Shown here: piece after piece, positions 19,601 through 29,286 of the stretch
How the letters are laid out: each line of letters starts with the position of its first letter
How positions within the stretch are numbered: position 1 is the first letter of the stretch
From: a virus
Lineage: Duplodnaviria; Caudoviricetes
DNA length: 52,250 nucleotides
Direction: 5' to 3' (one strand)
IMG/VR virus record: IMGVR_UViG_3300037961_002566
Span: 1 to 52,250 of that record
Notes under the pieces: generated by a model
The model's input: the letters and a program-made list of their open reading frames with translations, nothing else
Database searches by the model: none
Told to the model about the DNA's origin: nothing
Translations under genes and position numbers: made by a program

Positions 19601-22600
19601 GCTGATCTATTCCAAGATGCTATGGATGGCAAGCTAAAGCTAGGTGGCGTACAAAAGACATTACTACAGAGAATAATAGATTTCTTCAAAGCTATATACA
19701 AAGCCAACATTGACAATGAGTTTGATGATATTAGCCAGATTATAGAGGACGTTAAGTCTGGTAAGATAGGCATGAGAAAACCACAAGAACTTAGCTCTGA
19801 TGATCAGGTTAGGTTCTCACTTGGAGAAGACGTATATAACAATGCCCGAAAAGAAAAAATAAAAATTGATGAGCTTGATGTTTATTCAAGGGTAGAAGGT
19901 GTAAATGCCAACAAGCCAGATACAGAATTTCTAGCTAACTATAAAACCAGAGTAGGTCCTTTGGGTCGTGATATCAGTAAGGTAGGTCATAATCCTGTAG
20001 GCTACAGACCTATCTACGAAGATGAATATGTAAAGACAATATTAGTTCCTACAGATCAAGCCGCTAAGTTGCTTGCCCCAATAGACATAGGAAGTGAGAC
20101 AATCGACTCTATAGCAGAGGGTATAGAGAAATACGATGTAAAGATAAATCCTCCTCAAATATCCGTTGAATTGTCAGAGGACGGAAAGTCCTTACTTGTT
20201 ACTTCAGGAGAAGGAAGGAAAAGAATACAAGCCTTAAAAAAGCTAGGATACAAAAATGTAGCTGTAGACCTTATGTCTAGAAAAGGAAAGGCTTACAAGT
20301 CAGAGTTAGAGGCTTATGCAAAGCCTAAAATACTTATAAACAGAATTGGGTATGACCCTACCAATCCAGACAAAGGTTCTAGAGGTGTAGTCTATAGTAT
20401 AAATGACAACAACTATGCCACCATAACTCAAGAAAGAGACATAGATAAGCTAGGTTTTTACTCCAAAGCCTTGGAAGTCATAGAGAAAATGCCACAGAAA
20501 AAAGGAACAGGAGAGCAGTTCCTTAAATATCTGGAGGGTAAAGTTAAGAAAGATGAGTTGTTGTGGACAGGAGTTCAGGATTATTTAGAGAATACAGATA
20601 AGGTTACTAAAGACGAACTATTAGCTCTTATGAGTTCTAACAGAATATATGTTGAAGAAACAGAATTGCTTGCTTTTGGTAAATCAGAACAGAAGAAAGA
20701 TTTAATCGATTTACCTAGAACGAACATGGAAAGAAATAATGCTACAGAAGATGTGATAGCAGATCGCATGGCATTTGGGCAAAAAAACTATAGAATATCT
20801 AAGAAAAATCTAAGATATCCTGACGAGTTATCAAGTAAAATAGAGCAGGGATCAGTCAGAGTATATGAAGGGGATGTCATATCTATTGCTGACCTTGTTA
20901 ATAACAGAAAATTGAATAATGAAACTTTGATGTTATTAGGTGATGCCGATATAGGATTTATAGAATCAGAGCAAGAAATAGACAAACTTTCAAAACAAGC
21001 AGGACTTAAATACCAAATAATAGAAGTAAGAGATGAAGCAGGTGCAAGAGATTTTGTAGAACGGGAGAAAATAAAATTAAGAGACAATAAAGAAGAGCTA
21101 GAAGAAAGAGAGGAGAGCGGTGGATTTATCCCTGAAGGTGTTAGGTATGAGATTGAAGACTTAGAAAACTCAGTAGCAGGATACGAAGACTTTTATGGTA
21201 ATTTAACTGGTGATGCGTTTGATGCATATGAAGACAAAGTAGAAGGAGTAGTAGGAAACAAGTTTTATGTATTACGATTTGAGGGAAACACAGAAGAAGA
21301 AATATTAGAGGACAGAAGTAAACAAAAATATGATCAAACAACACTAGAGAGACACGGCATAATTAAAAGAGAAGGAGAATCATATGAGCGTCAGACTCCA
21401 ATTATTGTGGAACTAACAGAGGATATAAGAGTTAATTCAGTTAAAAGAGGTGACTTTGGAACTGACGAGGATGTAAAGGCGTATCAAGAATTAAGAGAAA
21501 AACAAAATAATATAATACTCACAGAAAATTTTAAAATAAGAAAGAAACAAGAAGAAATTGATGCACAAAACAGTGAAATTAGAAGATTTAATCAAACATT
21601 ACTTCCTGCTGATAACGAAGCATCGACTGCAGCGGGTGGAACAAATTACAGAGTTTTTGAGATTGAACTGCCTGCTGAAGCGTTCCCAAAATTAAAATAT
21701 AATCCTGTACATTTTAAAGGTGAGAGACAATTAGTGTTTGCTTTGGCTAAAGACAGGATCATGCCTGATGGAAGAAAAGCGTTAACTATTCAAGATTTTC
21801 AAAGTGACTGGGGTCAGAGAGGAAGGAAGCTGGGATTTACAGAGCCAGTATTAAGACAGGATGTAGATTACAGTGTAAGACAGATAAGAGATATTATTAA
21901 AGGTCTTAGGGCATTGTTTCAACAAAGGTTAGACCAGTTGGCAGAGGGAATAAATGTAACCAAAGCAAGTGATCAATATTTAGAGAAGATAGTTAAAAAA
22001 CGGCAACAACAATTAGATGAATTTGAAAAAAACATAGAGGAGAATATAAAGCAAGTATATAAACGTGGCTTTCCTCTCAAAGAAGGCACAAAAAATATAG
22101 AGATGATTAATAAGGCAGGCTCTGAATTAGACAGGTTAACACAAATCTCCTCTTACGATTCGATATTTCCTGAGTTAGATGATGCAATGGAACCTGTTAA
22201 TGTTAGTTTTAGAAATCTTTCAACATCTAAACTAGATAGATTTAAGGGATTTGGTAAATATCCTAATGCTCCTTTTATAACACAGACACAGCACTGGTCT
22301 AAGTTGATGATCAAGCGTCTTCTAAAAAGAGCATCAGATGAGGGATATGACTATTTAGTATTTTCAGGTGGTGATGTGCTTGTTAATCAGTTGGGTCAGC
22401 CAGAAGGCAATAATAGTTTTTATGATGATCAATTACCAGGATTCGTAAGAGATGTATTAAAGCCTCTGGACAAAGAAGCTTTTATAGGAAGATACCAAGA
22501 TCAACTTAGAAAATTAATTAATAGGGGTATGGCAGAGCTAACTCAACAAGAGAGAGAAAGCATATTAAATGTTTACGATGGAATGAAATCAGATGTTAGT

Positions 22601-25600
22601 ATAGAAAGAGAAGACAGTTTTTCTAATTATACTCCAGAACAACGTCAAGAGATGGTTGATGCAATAGTCAAGTTAAGGCAAACCAATGGGGCTACTCAGG
22701 CTTTAGTGCTAAACGCAATTCAGCGTGATCAATTTGGAAAAATAAAACTACAGTACATGGCACGAACTATAAGAAATAGTAAGCCTCCACCCGATGCAGA
22801 CAGACTAGCTAAACTAAAAGCAGCTAACATAGATGTTACGGCTATGTTATCAAGACCATTAGCTGAAATATTTCAAAAGAGGTTGCCAACAGGTGAAGCG
22901 ATCCCTGTAACCCAAGAACAATTAGAAAAAGAATACAAAGCAATAATGTCACAAACGGTGTCATTTCCTAGGTATGATGGAGAAACAAATCCAAGAGGAG
23001 AAGTTCTTTCTACAACATCAAGATCATACAAAAAGTACTATGATACTTTTATAAGTCATGACGAAAACGGAAAACCCAGAGAAGGAACAGACCTTGGCTT
23101 AATGTATTATGATAATATAAATGATAAACCCTCTGCATTCAACTCACACGACACGGTTAAACAGGAAGCCAGGCGTGACTATAGAGCGTTACATAAAAGC
23201 TATGCCATAAGACTAACAAAAAAACTAAAAGAACAGTTAGAGTTAGGTCAGGAGTTATTTTCTCTTGGATACACACCTGAAGGAGACAAGGTTACTGGGA
23301 TAGATAAGACTCTTATGGAGAGAGTTATATCAACTCTTACAGAGAACCAGTATCTCATATCCTCACTGCCAGAACTAGAGGATGACCCAAAGGGCGATCC
23401 GACACTTAACTTTAGAAATCTAATACCGTCCACAGGAAGAAGAGATGTGGCTGTGGTCATGAGAGATTATCTCTCACACAGACAGAACAGAGCAGGTGAC
23501 TTTAGAATAAACCTAGATGACGTAACGGATGCAGATAAAGAAAGCATCGCTACGATAATGGCAGCCGAAGCAGAGGTTGCATTAGCCAGAGATGGCAATG
23601 CTCTTGGTTGGTATGACGCTAAGTTTAGAGCGGCTAAAAGTCTAATCGGTCTTATACGCCCAGAGATACTCAATAATCCTGAACACGATGCAGTGTTTGA
23701 TTATGCTTTGGCAGTTACATCCAATGGTGTAGCAGTAATGCAGAACTTTGAATATGCGTTGAAGCAATATGATTATTGGGTTGAAAACGGCAAGTTTGAT
23801 GAAATAGGGTATGGAAAATCAAAAGGAGCTATGGAAGCTCACTTTGCATTGTATAACGCTCTTACAGATATGATGAAGTCTGGTGACTATAAGAGACCAA
23901 AGAGACTAGACAACTACCCACCAGAAGCCATAGGCGTGGACATTGAGCATTTCTTAGACAGAGATATAAAAATAAGAGACCTGATAAATGACCCTGTGTT
24001 GAGTGGTATTGCAGAGAAGAGTGGCGTAAGTCTTGAATCTTTAGGATCACAGGAAAAGAAAGATACTGTGGTCAAGATGTCTACCATCATAGGATCGAAG
24101 ATAGGTGGTGGGTTCTATCAGAACCTCAGAGGTAACTACGATACCCTAACTATGGATATGTGGTGGATGAGGTTCTTTAATAGAATTACAGGAAACCCAT
24201 TTAAAACACCTCAAGACAAAACTCAGTTAAAAAATTACAACCAATTTCTTGAAGAAATTACAGTAAACAGAGCAAATCTTACAGATATAGAGAAGAGACT
24301 TCTAAAAGAAGCTAGAGACAACATAGGTAATGTTCCTCTGCGTAGAGACATGGTGGCAAGAACAACGCAAAGAATGGATCAAAGAATAATTGATCTGGCA
24401 AAAGAATACTCAGTAATACGAAATCGTTATTATAATTCTGTATCTAATCAGGGAGTGGTGGATGGTATGACAGCAGAGGAAAGGGCTGTCATAAGAAGAA
24501 GAAATAGAGAGCAAAACAATCTTCTTGTTAAGCCAAGGTCTGTTTTGTTAGCCGATAGCATAAAGAGAAACTTTGTTGACATTGGTCAAGACACCCCAAG
24601 AAGTGCCACTGATCGTGAGTTGATGAGAGAAACCACACAGATGGCTATAAGAAAATTAGAGCAACGTGGCGTAGTGCCAAAAGGAGCATTGACTAATGCT
24701 GATTTCCAAGCTGTTATGTGGTTCCACGAAAAGGAACTCTTAGATAAGCTAGGAGCAAGAAAAGGGAACGGACAACAAAATGATTTTGTAGACAGTGCTA
24801 TAGAAGCACTAAGAAAGGAAGGTATAGACGATGACACGATTGCGAAAACACTCCCCAATGCAGAGCGAGGCAGGATCATTCGTGGAGCAGATTCCGAAAG
24901 AAGAGTTGCCGAACCTAGCGAAGGCTCTATTGCGGCTAGGCAACAACTCGCAGCTTTCAAAAGCGTTAAAGAAAAGAACGACATCACAAGAAAACAAGCA
25001 GAAGACATCAAGAAAGAGCTAGATCAAGATCGACAGAAGTACTACAGCTTGGGATACATCCCAGAAGAAAGAGAAAGAGACAGAGCAAACTTTGAAAGCA
25101 CACTGAGAGCTAACGTGCAGGACTTCCAACACAAATGGAACTACAGTGCATCATCAGACTTTGTAGCTAAAATACTAGGTGGCATCAAGATAGGTCAAAG
25201 CTTTCAGCTAGGATACAGTGATGAAAAAGCCAAAGCATTATCTGATCTGTTTATTAGAAAGTTCCAAGACAGAATGATACCTGTGTCTAGAATGGTGGAT
25301 GAGTTACAGGAAAAAGGCTTTAAACTAACAGATGCTCTCAATCCTATCATGCAAGCTAGACTATCACAGGGTAAAGCAAATGAAGAAATACGAGACAAGA
25401 GAGAGACAATCCACAAGGATGTGGTCGAAGCTGTAGCAAAGCTTAACTTTACAGATGCAGAGTTTGAGCAACTCAAGAGCGTATCGAATGCTGCCACTGA
25501 CCCTGACCAAGGAGGTGAGGGCTACATAGAGGTGGTCATGAAAGATTTCATGCCATCGTTCTGGAGAAGGATGTTGTTTGGCACACCAAGCAAGAAGTTG

Positions 25601-28153
25601 GTCATGGCAGAAACATATCTCTATGCTCTACACGCTAAAGAGAGAAACAACTATGTCAGAGAGATTGATGTAAACAACATCAATCAATTTAAGGACAGAG
25701 GTTCTGGTATGTCTGACAGAGAAGCAGATGCCATATTGAACTGGTTTAGAAACCAGGAGAGAGAACTAGAAAACTTAAACGACATACGCACAAAGATACA
25801 AAGAGTAATAGACGATACCAACGAAGTGAGAAGAAACTCTGGTTTACAGGCTATGTTCTTACGAGGGTCAAACTGGACGAACTATATACCTTTGAGAGGT
25901 GCTTTCGATCCAGAAGATGAGACCGTTGACTTTAACAATGCAGGTCAGCGTAAAGCCCCACTGTTTGGTAGTAAAGGTAGAGAAGACCCTGTAGTCAAAG
26001 GTAGAATAGATTATGCTCCAAATCTAATTGTAAACACATTAACACAGAACGCTAATTCCATCATGAGAGCGGCTCAGAATAACGTAGGTCGTGTGGTGTT
26101 GGACATGATCAGAGAAGACCCTGTGATGCTCCAAGAGTTTGCAACCATACAGGACACAGTTCCAGAAAGAATGTTTGTGGATGCACGAACAGGGGTTCTA
26201 AGCAAGAGACCTGCCACAAGGGATGATGTTGCTAAAGACAAGCACATATTGATTGTGAAAGAAAACGGCAACGAAGTTGTCATACGGTTTAATAGTGCTG
26301 TGGTTGCAGGGGCGTTCAGAGGTGATACTGGTGCAGGAGATGCAGCAAGCAACTCTTACTTGATGATGGCTAACAAGTTTAACAGATACTTGTCTAGTAT
26401 TAACACCACGTTTAACCCAGAATTTATTATTCCGAACTTTGTCCGTGACATACAAACAGCGGCGGTCAACATCGATCAGTACGAGGGTGAGAGACTAAAA
26501 AGAATAGTTGTCAAAAGATCATTTGCTATGGCTAGGGGTATATATAGTGCTGTGCAGAAGAACGATATGTCCTCACCAGAGGCACAGATGTACGATGCTT
26601 TTGTAAAAGCAGGAGGTAAGAACGTAACCAACCAGATGACGACACTTGGTGATCAGGTTGCTGATATACAAAACACCTTGAATGCCATATCTGAAGGCGG
26701 AGCTAGGGGTGGGTTAGCCAAAATGAAAGACAACTTTGTAGGTAAAAAAGTTACATCGTTAATAAACTGGATAGAGAATACCAACACTGCTATGGAGAAC
26801 GCAGTTCGTGTATCCACATTTGAAGCTTTGTTAAATACAGGTCGATACACAGAGCAACAGGCAGCCCTAGCCGCCAGAGAGATTACAGTAAACTTTGCTA
26901 GAGGTGGTGAGTATAAAACATTCCTAAACTCTTTGTATCTGTTCTTCAACGCATCATTACAGGGAACATTCGCCCTAGCAGAAGCCGCCACACGATCAAA
27001 GAATGTAAGACGTTTGTGGGTGGGCATAGTTGTAGCAGGTATATTGTCTGATCAAATCAATGCATTCTTTTCTGATGAAGATGAAGATGGCATTCTTATT
27101 TACGATAAAACAACAGACTTTACATTAGAGCATAATTTTCTCATACCTAATTTAGCAGGTAAGGCTATGGATGCTGTAAGAGATGAAGAAGATAATGTAC
27201 TCCAGAAGAACTCTTTCTCTATCCCACTGCCCTACGGAATAAACTTAGCGTTTAATGTGGGTCGGTCTCTCAGCAGAAGAATGAGAGGGGCATACACTCC
27301 TGCACAGGCTACAAGTTCTATAATGTCAACAACATTGGAAGCTCTTAATCCTTTAGGTGGTTCCGAAAGCATTGCTAACATGGCAGCTCCTACGATTGGT
27401 GACCCATTAGTTAGTCTTTGGCAAAACATAAATTACGATAAAACACCCATAACAAAACAAGTATCGCAGTTTGCGGTGGGTACGCCAGATAGTCAGACAT
27501 ACTGGAATAGTGCAAGTCCTATGTCTATAAGCATCGCTCAGTTTTTAAACAGAGCATTAGGTGGGAACGAAGTAAAGAGCGGAATGATAGATGTCAGTCC
27601 AGATACGTTGGACTTCCTGTTCAACTATTTTACAGGTGGTGCAGGTATGTTTGTCCAAAGGACAGCCACATTTGGATATGACTTGTCTACAGGGAATGTC
27701 TTTGAAGCATTTGAAGATGGTCTCACGGGAGAAGCGGTTAGGGAACAGATTAGGAAAACACCAATACTTAGAAAAGCTATTACGTCCGTATCAGAAAGAG
27801 AAGATACAGGTAAGTTTATACAGAAAAGAAACGTCATATTCGGTGCGAAGAAAGAACTAAAAGAAGCCATAGCTAGTAGAGATATGGACGAGATTAGAAG
27901 AGTTAGAAATAAGTTTCCTAAAGAGTTAAGGATATATGGAATAATCAGAGCCATAAACACCAAGAGACAGAAGCTTACATCACTCAGAAACAAACTGATC
28001 AGAGCAGAAAAGACAGCCAAGAACAAAGATGTATACGAAGCTAGGATAAAGAGATTAGATAAGCAGATACAGGCTTTGATAGGCAGAGGTAATTCTCTAA
28101 TGAAGAATATCGAACTCGATTTCTTTACAGAGTATGGCTTAACAGGGTATTGA
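16664..28153 (+). CDS. Large polyvalent protein (3829 aa) with zincin metallopeptidase, ParB-like, HhH-glycosylase-like and LPD38-like regions
   Basis: HEVLH + EEAVAD (from 19376); GEGRKRIQALKKLG (20207); GSKIGGGFYQNLRG..TMDMW..R...QAVMW (23.6-24.7 kb); ITVNFARGG...LFFNASLQG...IPLPYG at the C-terminus. Confidence 0.8.
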   Translation: MPLKLIRSPVTGEYYPVNIAGDTPTPEEKERIRQYLLMKEREVPAVQEEIQKNYAPKSGFGALGVGVDQAKHLGLSFLQGVNRMVGDDEDADEYQEMLNKLGRKIRQESAGLQKFKEIDSIGDAARFAGETILQTIPSTAVALTGAAAGVATLPFSGTVLGVGVSGALGGAAASLPLFMGGNREAQKESLRRQGKPVEVDEGAAFFTALPQALLESWGTIFITSIKKAGLKVNPQAFESGGLFTRLVDKATGTAPRRIGGAIGTGAVAESVTEVGQLLLERKQAGMSIDFNNPEVLDQVIEAAVAGGLVGGVFKGGVTGVSEFSERKKKADKQTELNNDLEEEYRQNVEMQKNAQQSFTNNPALLMAEEGSPITDGLTKAGDVLASETREPRPVRPDELTAKQLAVIRNERTKKGVSLDETQFPITLEEIRATLGPREARRLASKQGIPVKDINTATVNKFSYDQYKKVLESIRKNKDRDFSENKINAIIQKATGFKSGELTQAIRNELVGRGHLRATQDRAYRMETGMSIPVGEVEFQKAREFTEGRLAKESKQLDDRIIEAEKQLETGQVEGRKERGKKRFTMPTLAQQLQDKIELANKLETMKDNVTESVVPAINKLIKPYIANKTVKPFKTPLDVFKGINTILGSATSNNTRGVPYGLRKEIRDLQEEVARTERGIEADKQAHMFLQTSDFSADNVKFGMRGSTQANDPEMLFARQRQKEEQLRRKEQELETEQATARELKKNVRVLADQEAYEKQVDKIKGIQEEIQKLKRDAKELEDIRRKPTASVTQNQGQNQSNQMNATANLGAKNPFVNEYQQNLNEVGDRLRSYLKDDLKLNPDRVELITKNYIQKDGFVFGQEQRAGHNKRAITLAMQLFDRDTIADPTKQDMILDRIKGTLNHEVLHSLRALGLFTEQEFQTLVKAANTRKKVLWREGKVVERQYTYLDRVKRIYRRDRFPDMDEKAFNDMVQEEAVADLFQDAMDGKLKLGGVQKTLLQRIIDFFKAIYKANIDNEFDDISQIIEDVKSGKIGMRKPQELSSDDQVRFSLGEDVYNNARKEKIKIDELDVYSRVEGVNANKPDTEFLANYKTRVGPLGRDISKVGHNPVGYRPIYEDEYVKTILVPTDQAAKLLAPIDIGSETIDSIAEGIEKYDVKINPPQISVELSEDGKSLLVTSGEGRKRIQALKKLGYKNVAVDLMSRKGKAYKSELEAYAKPKILINRIGYDPTNPDKGSRGVVYSINDNNYATITQERDIDKLGFYSKALEVIEKMPQKKGTGEQFLKYLEGKVKKDELLWTGVQDYLENTDKVTKDELLALMSSNRIYVEETELLAFGKSEQKKDLIDLPRTNMERNNATEDVIADRMAFGQKNYRISKKNLRYPDELSSKIEQGSVRVYEGDVISIADLVNNRKLNNETLMLLGDADIGFIESEQEIDKLSKQAGLKYQIIEVRDEAGARDFVEREKIKLRDNKEELEEREESGGFIPEGVRYEIEDLENSVAGYEDFYGNLTGDAFDAYEDKVEGVVGNKFYVLRFEGNTEEEILEDRSKQKYDQTTLERHGIIKREGESYERQTPIIVELTEDIRVNSVKRGDFGTDEDVKAYQELREKQNNIILTENFKIRKKQEEIDAQNSEIRRFNQTLLPADNEASTAAGGTNYRVFEIELPAEAFPKLKYNPVHFKGERQLVFALAKDRIMPDGRKALTIQDFQSDWGQRGRKLGFTEPVLRQDVDYSVRQIRDIIKGLRALFQQRLDQLAEGINVTKASDQYLEKIVKKRQQQLDEFEKNIEENIKQVYKRGFPLKEGTKNIEMINKAGSELDRLTQISSYDSIFPELDDAMEPVNVSFRNLSTSKLDRFKGFGKYPNAPFITQTQHWSKLMIKRLLKRASDEGYDYLVFSGGDVLVNQLGQPEGNNSFYDDQLPGFVRDVLKPLDKEAFIGRYQDQLRKLINRGMAELTQQERESILNVYDGMKSDVSIEREDSFSNYTPEQRQEMVDAIVKLRQTNGATQALVLNAIQRDQFGKIKLQYMARTIRNSKPPPDADRLAKLKAANIDVTAMLSRPLAEIFQKRLPTGEAIPVTQEQLEKEYKAIMSQTVSFPRYDGETNPRGEVLSTTSRSYKKYYDTFISHDENGKPREGTDLGLMYYDNINDKPSAFNSHDTVKQEARRDYRALHKSYAIRLTKKLKEQLELGQELFSLGYTPEGDKVTGIDKTLMERVISTLTENQYLISSLPELEDDPKGDPTLNFRNLIPSTGRRDVAVVMRDYLSHRQNRAGDFRINLDDVTDADKESIATIMAAEAEVALARDGNALGWYDAKFRAAKSLIGLIRPEILNNPEHDAVFDYALAVTSNGVAVMQNFEYALKQYDYWVENGKFDEIGYGKSKGAMEAHFALYNALTDMMKSGDYKRPKRLDNYPPEAIGVDIEHFLDRDIKIRDLINDPVLSGIAEKSGVSLESLGSQEKKDTVVKMSTIIGSKIGGGFYQNLRGNYDTLTMDMWWMRFFNRITGNPFKTPQDKTQLKNYNQFLEEITVNRANLTDIEKRLLKEARDNIGNVPLRRDMVARTTQRMDQRIIDLAKEYSVIRNRYYNSVSNQGVVDGMTAEERAVIRRRNREQNNLLVKPRSVLLADSIKRNFVDIGQDTPRSATDRELMRETTQMAIRKLEQRGVVPKGALTNADFQAVMWFHEKELLDKLGARKGNGQQNDFVDSAIEALRKEGIDDDTIAKTLPNAERGRIIRGADSERRVAEPSEGSIAARQQLAAFKSVKEKNDITRKQAEDIKKELDQDRQKYYSLGYIPEERERDRANFESTLRANVQDFQHKWNYSASSDFVAKILGGIKIGQSFQLGYSDEKAKALSDLFIRKFQDRMIPVSRMVDELQEKGFKLTDALNPIMQARLSQGKANEEIRDKRETIHKDVVEAVAKLNFTDAEFEQLKSVSNAATDPDQGGEGYIEVVMKDFMPSFWRRMLFGTPSKKLVMAETYLYALHAKERNNYVREIDVNNINQFKDRGSGMSDREADAILNWFRNQERELENLNDIRTKIQRVIDDTNEVRRNSGLQAMFLRGSNWTNYIPLRGAFDPEDETVDFNNAGQRKAPLFGSKGREDPVVKGRIDYAPNLIVNTLTQNANSIMRAAQNNVGRVVLDMIREDPVMLQEFATIQDTVPERMFVDARTGVLSKRPATRDDVAKDKHILIVKENGNEVVIRFNSAVVAGAFRGDTGAGDAASNSYLMMANKFNRYLSSINTTFNPEFIIPNFVRDIQTAAVNIDQYEGERLKRIVVKRSFAMARGIYSAVQKNDMSSPEAQMYDAFVKAGGKNVTNQMTTLGDQVADIQNTLNAISEGGARGGLAKMKDNFVGKKVTSLINWIENTNTAMENAVRVSTFEALLNTGRYTEQQAALAAREITVNFARGGEYKTFLNSLYLFFNASLQGTFALAEAATRSKNVRRLWVGIVVAGILSDQINAFFSDEDEDGILIYDKTTDFTLEHNFLIPNLAGKAMDAVRDEEDNVLQKNSFSIPLPYGINLAFNVGRSLSRRMRGAYTPAQATSSIMSTTLEALNPLGGSESIANMAAPTIGDPLVSLWQNINYDKTPITKQVSQFAVGTPDSQTYWNSASPMSISIAQFLNRALGGNEVKSGMIDVSPDTLDFLFNYFTGGAGMFVQRTATFGYDLSTGNVFEAFEDGLTGEAVREQIRKTPILRKAITSVSEREDTGKFIQKRNVIFGAKKELKEAIASRDMDEIRRVRNKFPKELRIYGIIRAINTKRQKLTSLRNKLIRAEKTAKNKDVYEARIKRLDKQIQALIGRGNSLMKNIELDFFTEYGLTGY
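23031..23050. promoter_or_regulatory. Palindromic motif copy (intragenic)
   Basis: AAAAGTACTATGATACTTTT inside the giant gene. Confidence 0.7.
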
Positions 28154-28178
28154 TATGCTTGATATGATTGATATATCA

Positions 28179-28198
28179 AAAAGCACTATAGTACTTTT
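28179..28198. promoter_or_regulatory. Palindromic motif copy at an operon convergence
   Basis: AAAAGCACTATAGTACTTTT; contains the MTase stop codon. Confidence 0.75.
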
Positions 28199-29286
28199 AC
28201 CTTTGTAAACAGAGGTGTCTCTCCCATAAGTCTGTCTTCAGCTATCTCAACATAGTCTTTATTAAGTTCTATAATAGTAGCGTTCCTATTTAATCTGTCT
28301 GCCACTAACCCTGTGGTTCCCGATCCGCCAAAGGGGTCAAGAACGTGTCCGTCTTTTGGACATCCTGCTTTGATACAGGGTTCTATTAGATCAGTAGGGA
28401 AAACAGCAAAGTGTGCTTCCTTGTAGGGTTTAGTGTTTACTGTCCAGACAGACCTTTTGTTTTTAGTCTCTGGCATCATGTCACGCTCTCTTGTTAGACC
28501 ATTAAATACATTCTCTTTGTCTTTAGAGTTATCTACGTTGATAGGTGTCTTGCCACCCCATCGGTTTTGACTAGCCTCTTCTTGTATAGCTTCATGGTCA
28601 AAGTAGTAATGTGAGTTCTTGCTCAATAGAAAGATATACTCATGTGCTTTAGTGCATCTATCTTTTACTGATTCGGGCATAGGGTTTGGCTTATGCCATA
28701 TGATATCCTGCCGTAGATACCATCCGTCTTCCTGTAGAGCGAATGCCACTCGCCAAGGTATGCCCATCAAATCTTTCTCTTTTAGTCCTTGTATCTTGTT
28801 TGCCCTGTTAGGACTCACTTCTGGTTGATCATGTTTGTCTTTATGGAGTGTTTGCTTAACATTCATCCCATCTGCACGATAGTTGTGATATGTGTCGCCC
28901 AAATTTAGCCATACAGTGCCGTCTTCTTTTAGGGTATCTCTTACCCCACGGAACACCTCTACAAGCCGTCTGACGTAATCCTGAGGGGTCAATTCTAAGC
29001 CAATTTGCGAATCTTTACGCTCTGCACCGCATATTGGACACTTTTGCCTGTAAATGGCATCTCCGACTACATCTCCGTGGTCATACATATTTGCATGACC
29101 TGTAGCTGTATCTTTGGATATCTTAGTTAGTCTTTTGTGAGGACAGTTTGGGTCACCACCCACCCACGTTCCTGTATTGTAATCACGGAGTCCGTAGTAG
29201 GGCGGTGAAGTAACAACAGTATCAAAGTGATTCTTTGGTAATGTCTTTAGAACCTCTAGACAATCACCTATCTTTATGTTGATCAT
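28186..29286 (-). CDS. DNA methyltransferase, N4-cytosine/N6-adenine (beta class)
   Basis: VTSPPY catalytic motif precedes VLDPFGGSGTT; IIWHKPNPMPESVKDR..KAHEYIF; Cys/His-containing insertion. Confidence 0.9.
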   Translation of the reverse strand: MINIKIGDCLEVLKTLPKNHFDTVVTSPPYYGLRDYNTGTWVGGDPNCPHKRLTKISKDTATGHANMYDHGDVVGDAIYRQKCPICGAERKDSQIGLELTPQDYVRRLVEVFRGVRDTLKEDGTVWLNLGDTYHNYRADGMNVKQTLHKDKHDQPEVSPNRANKIQGLKEKDLMGIPWRVAFALQEDGWYLRQDIIWHKPNPMPESVKDRCTKAHEYIFLLSKNSHYYFDHEAIQEEASQNRWGGKTPINVDNSKDKENVFNGLTRERDMMPETKNKRSVWTVNTKPYKEAHFAVFPTDLIEPCIKAGCPKDGHVLDPFGGSGTTGLVADRLNRNATIIELNKDYVEIAEDRLMGETPLFTKVKVL

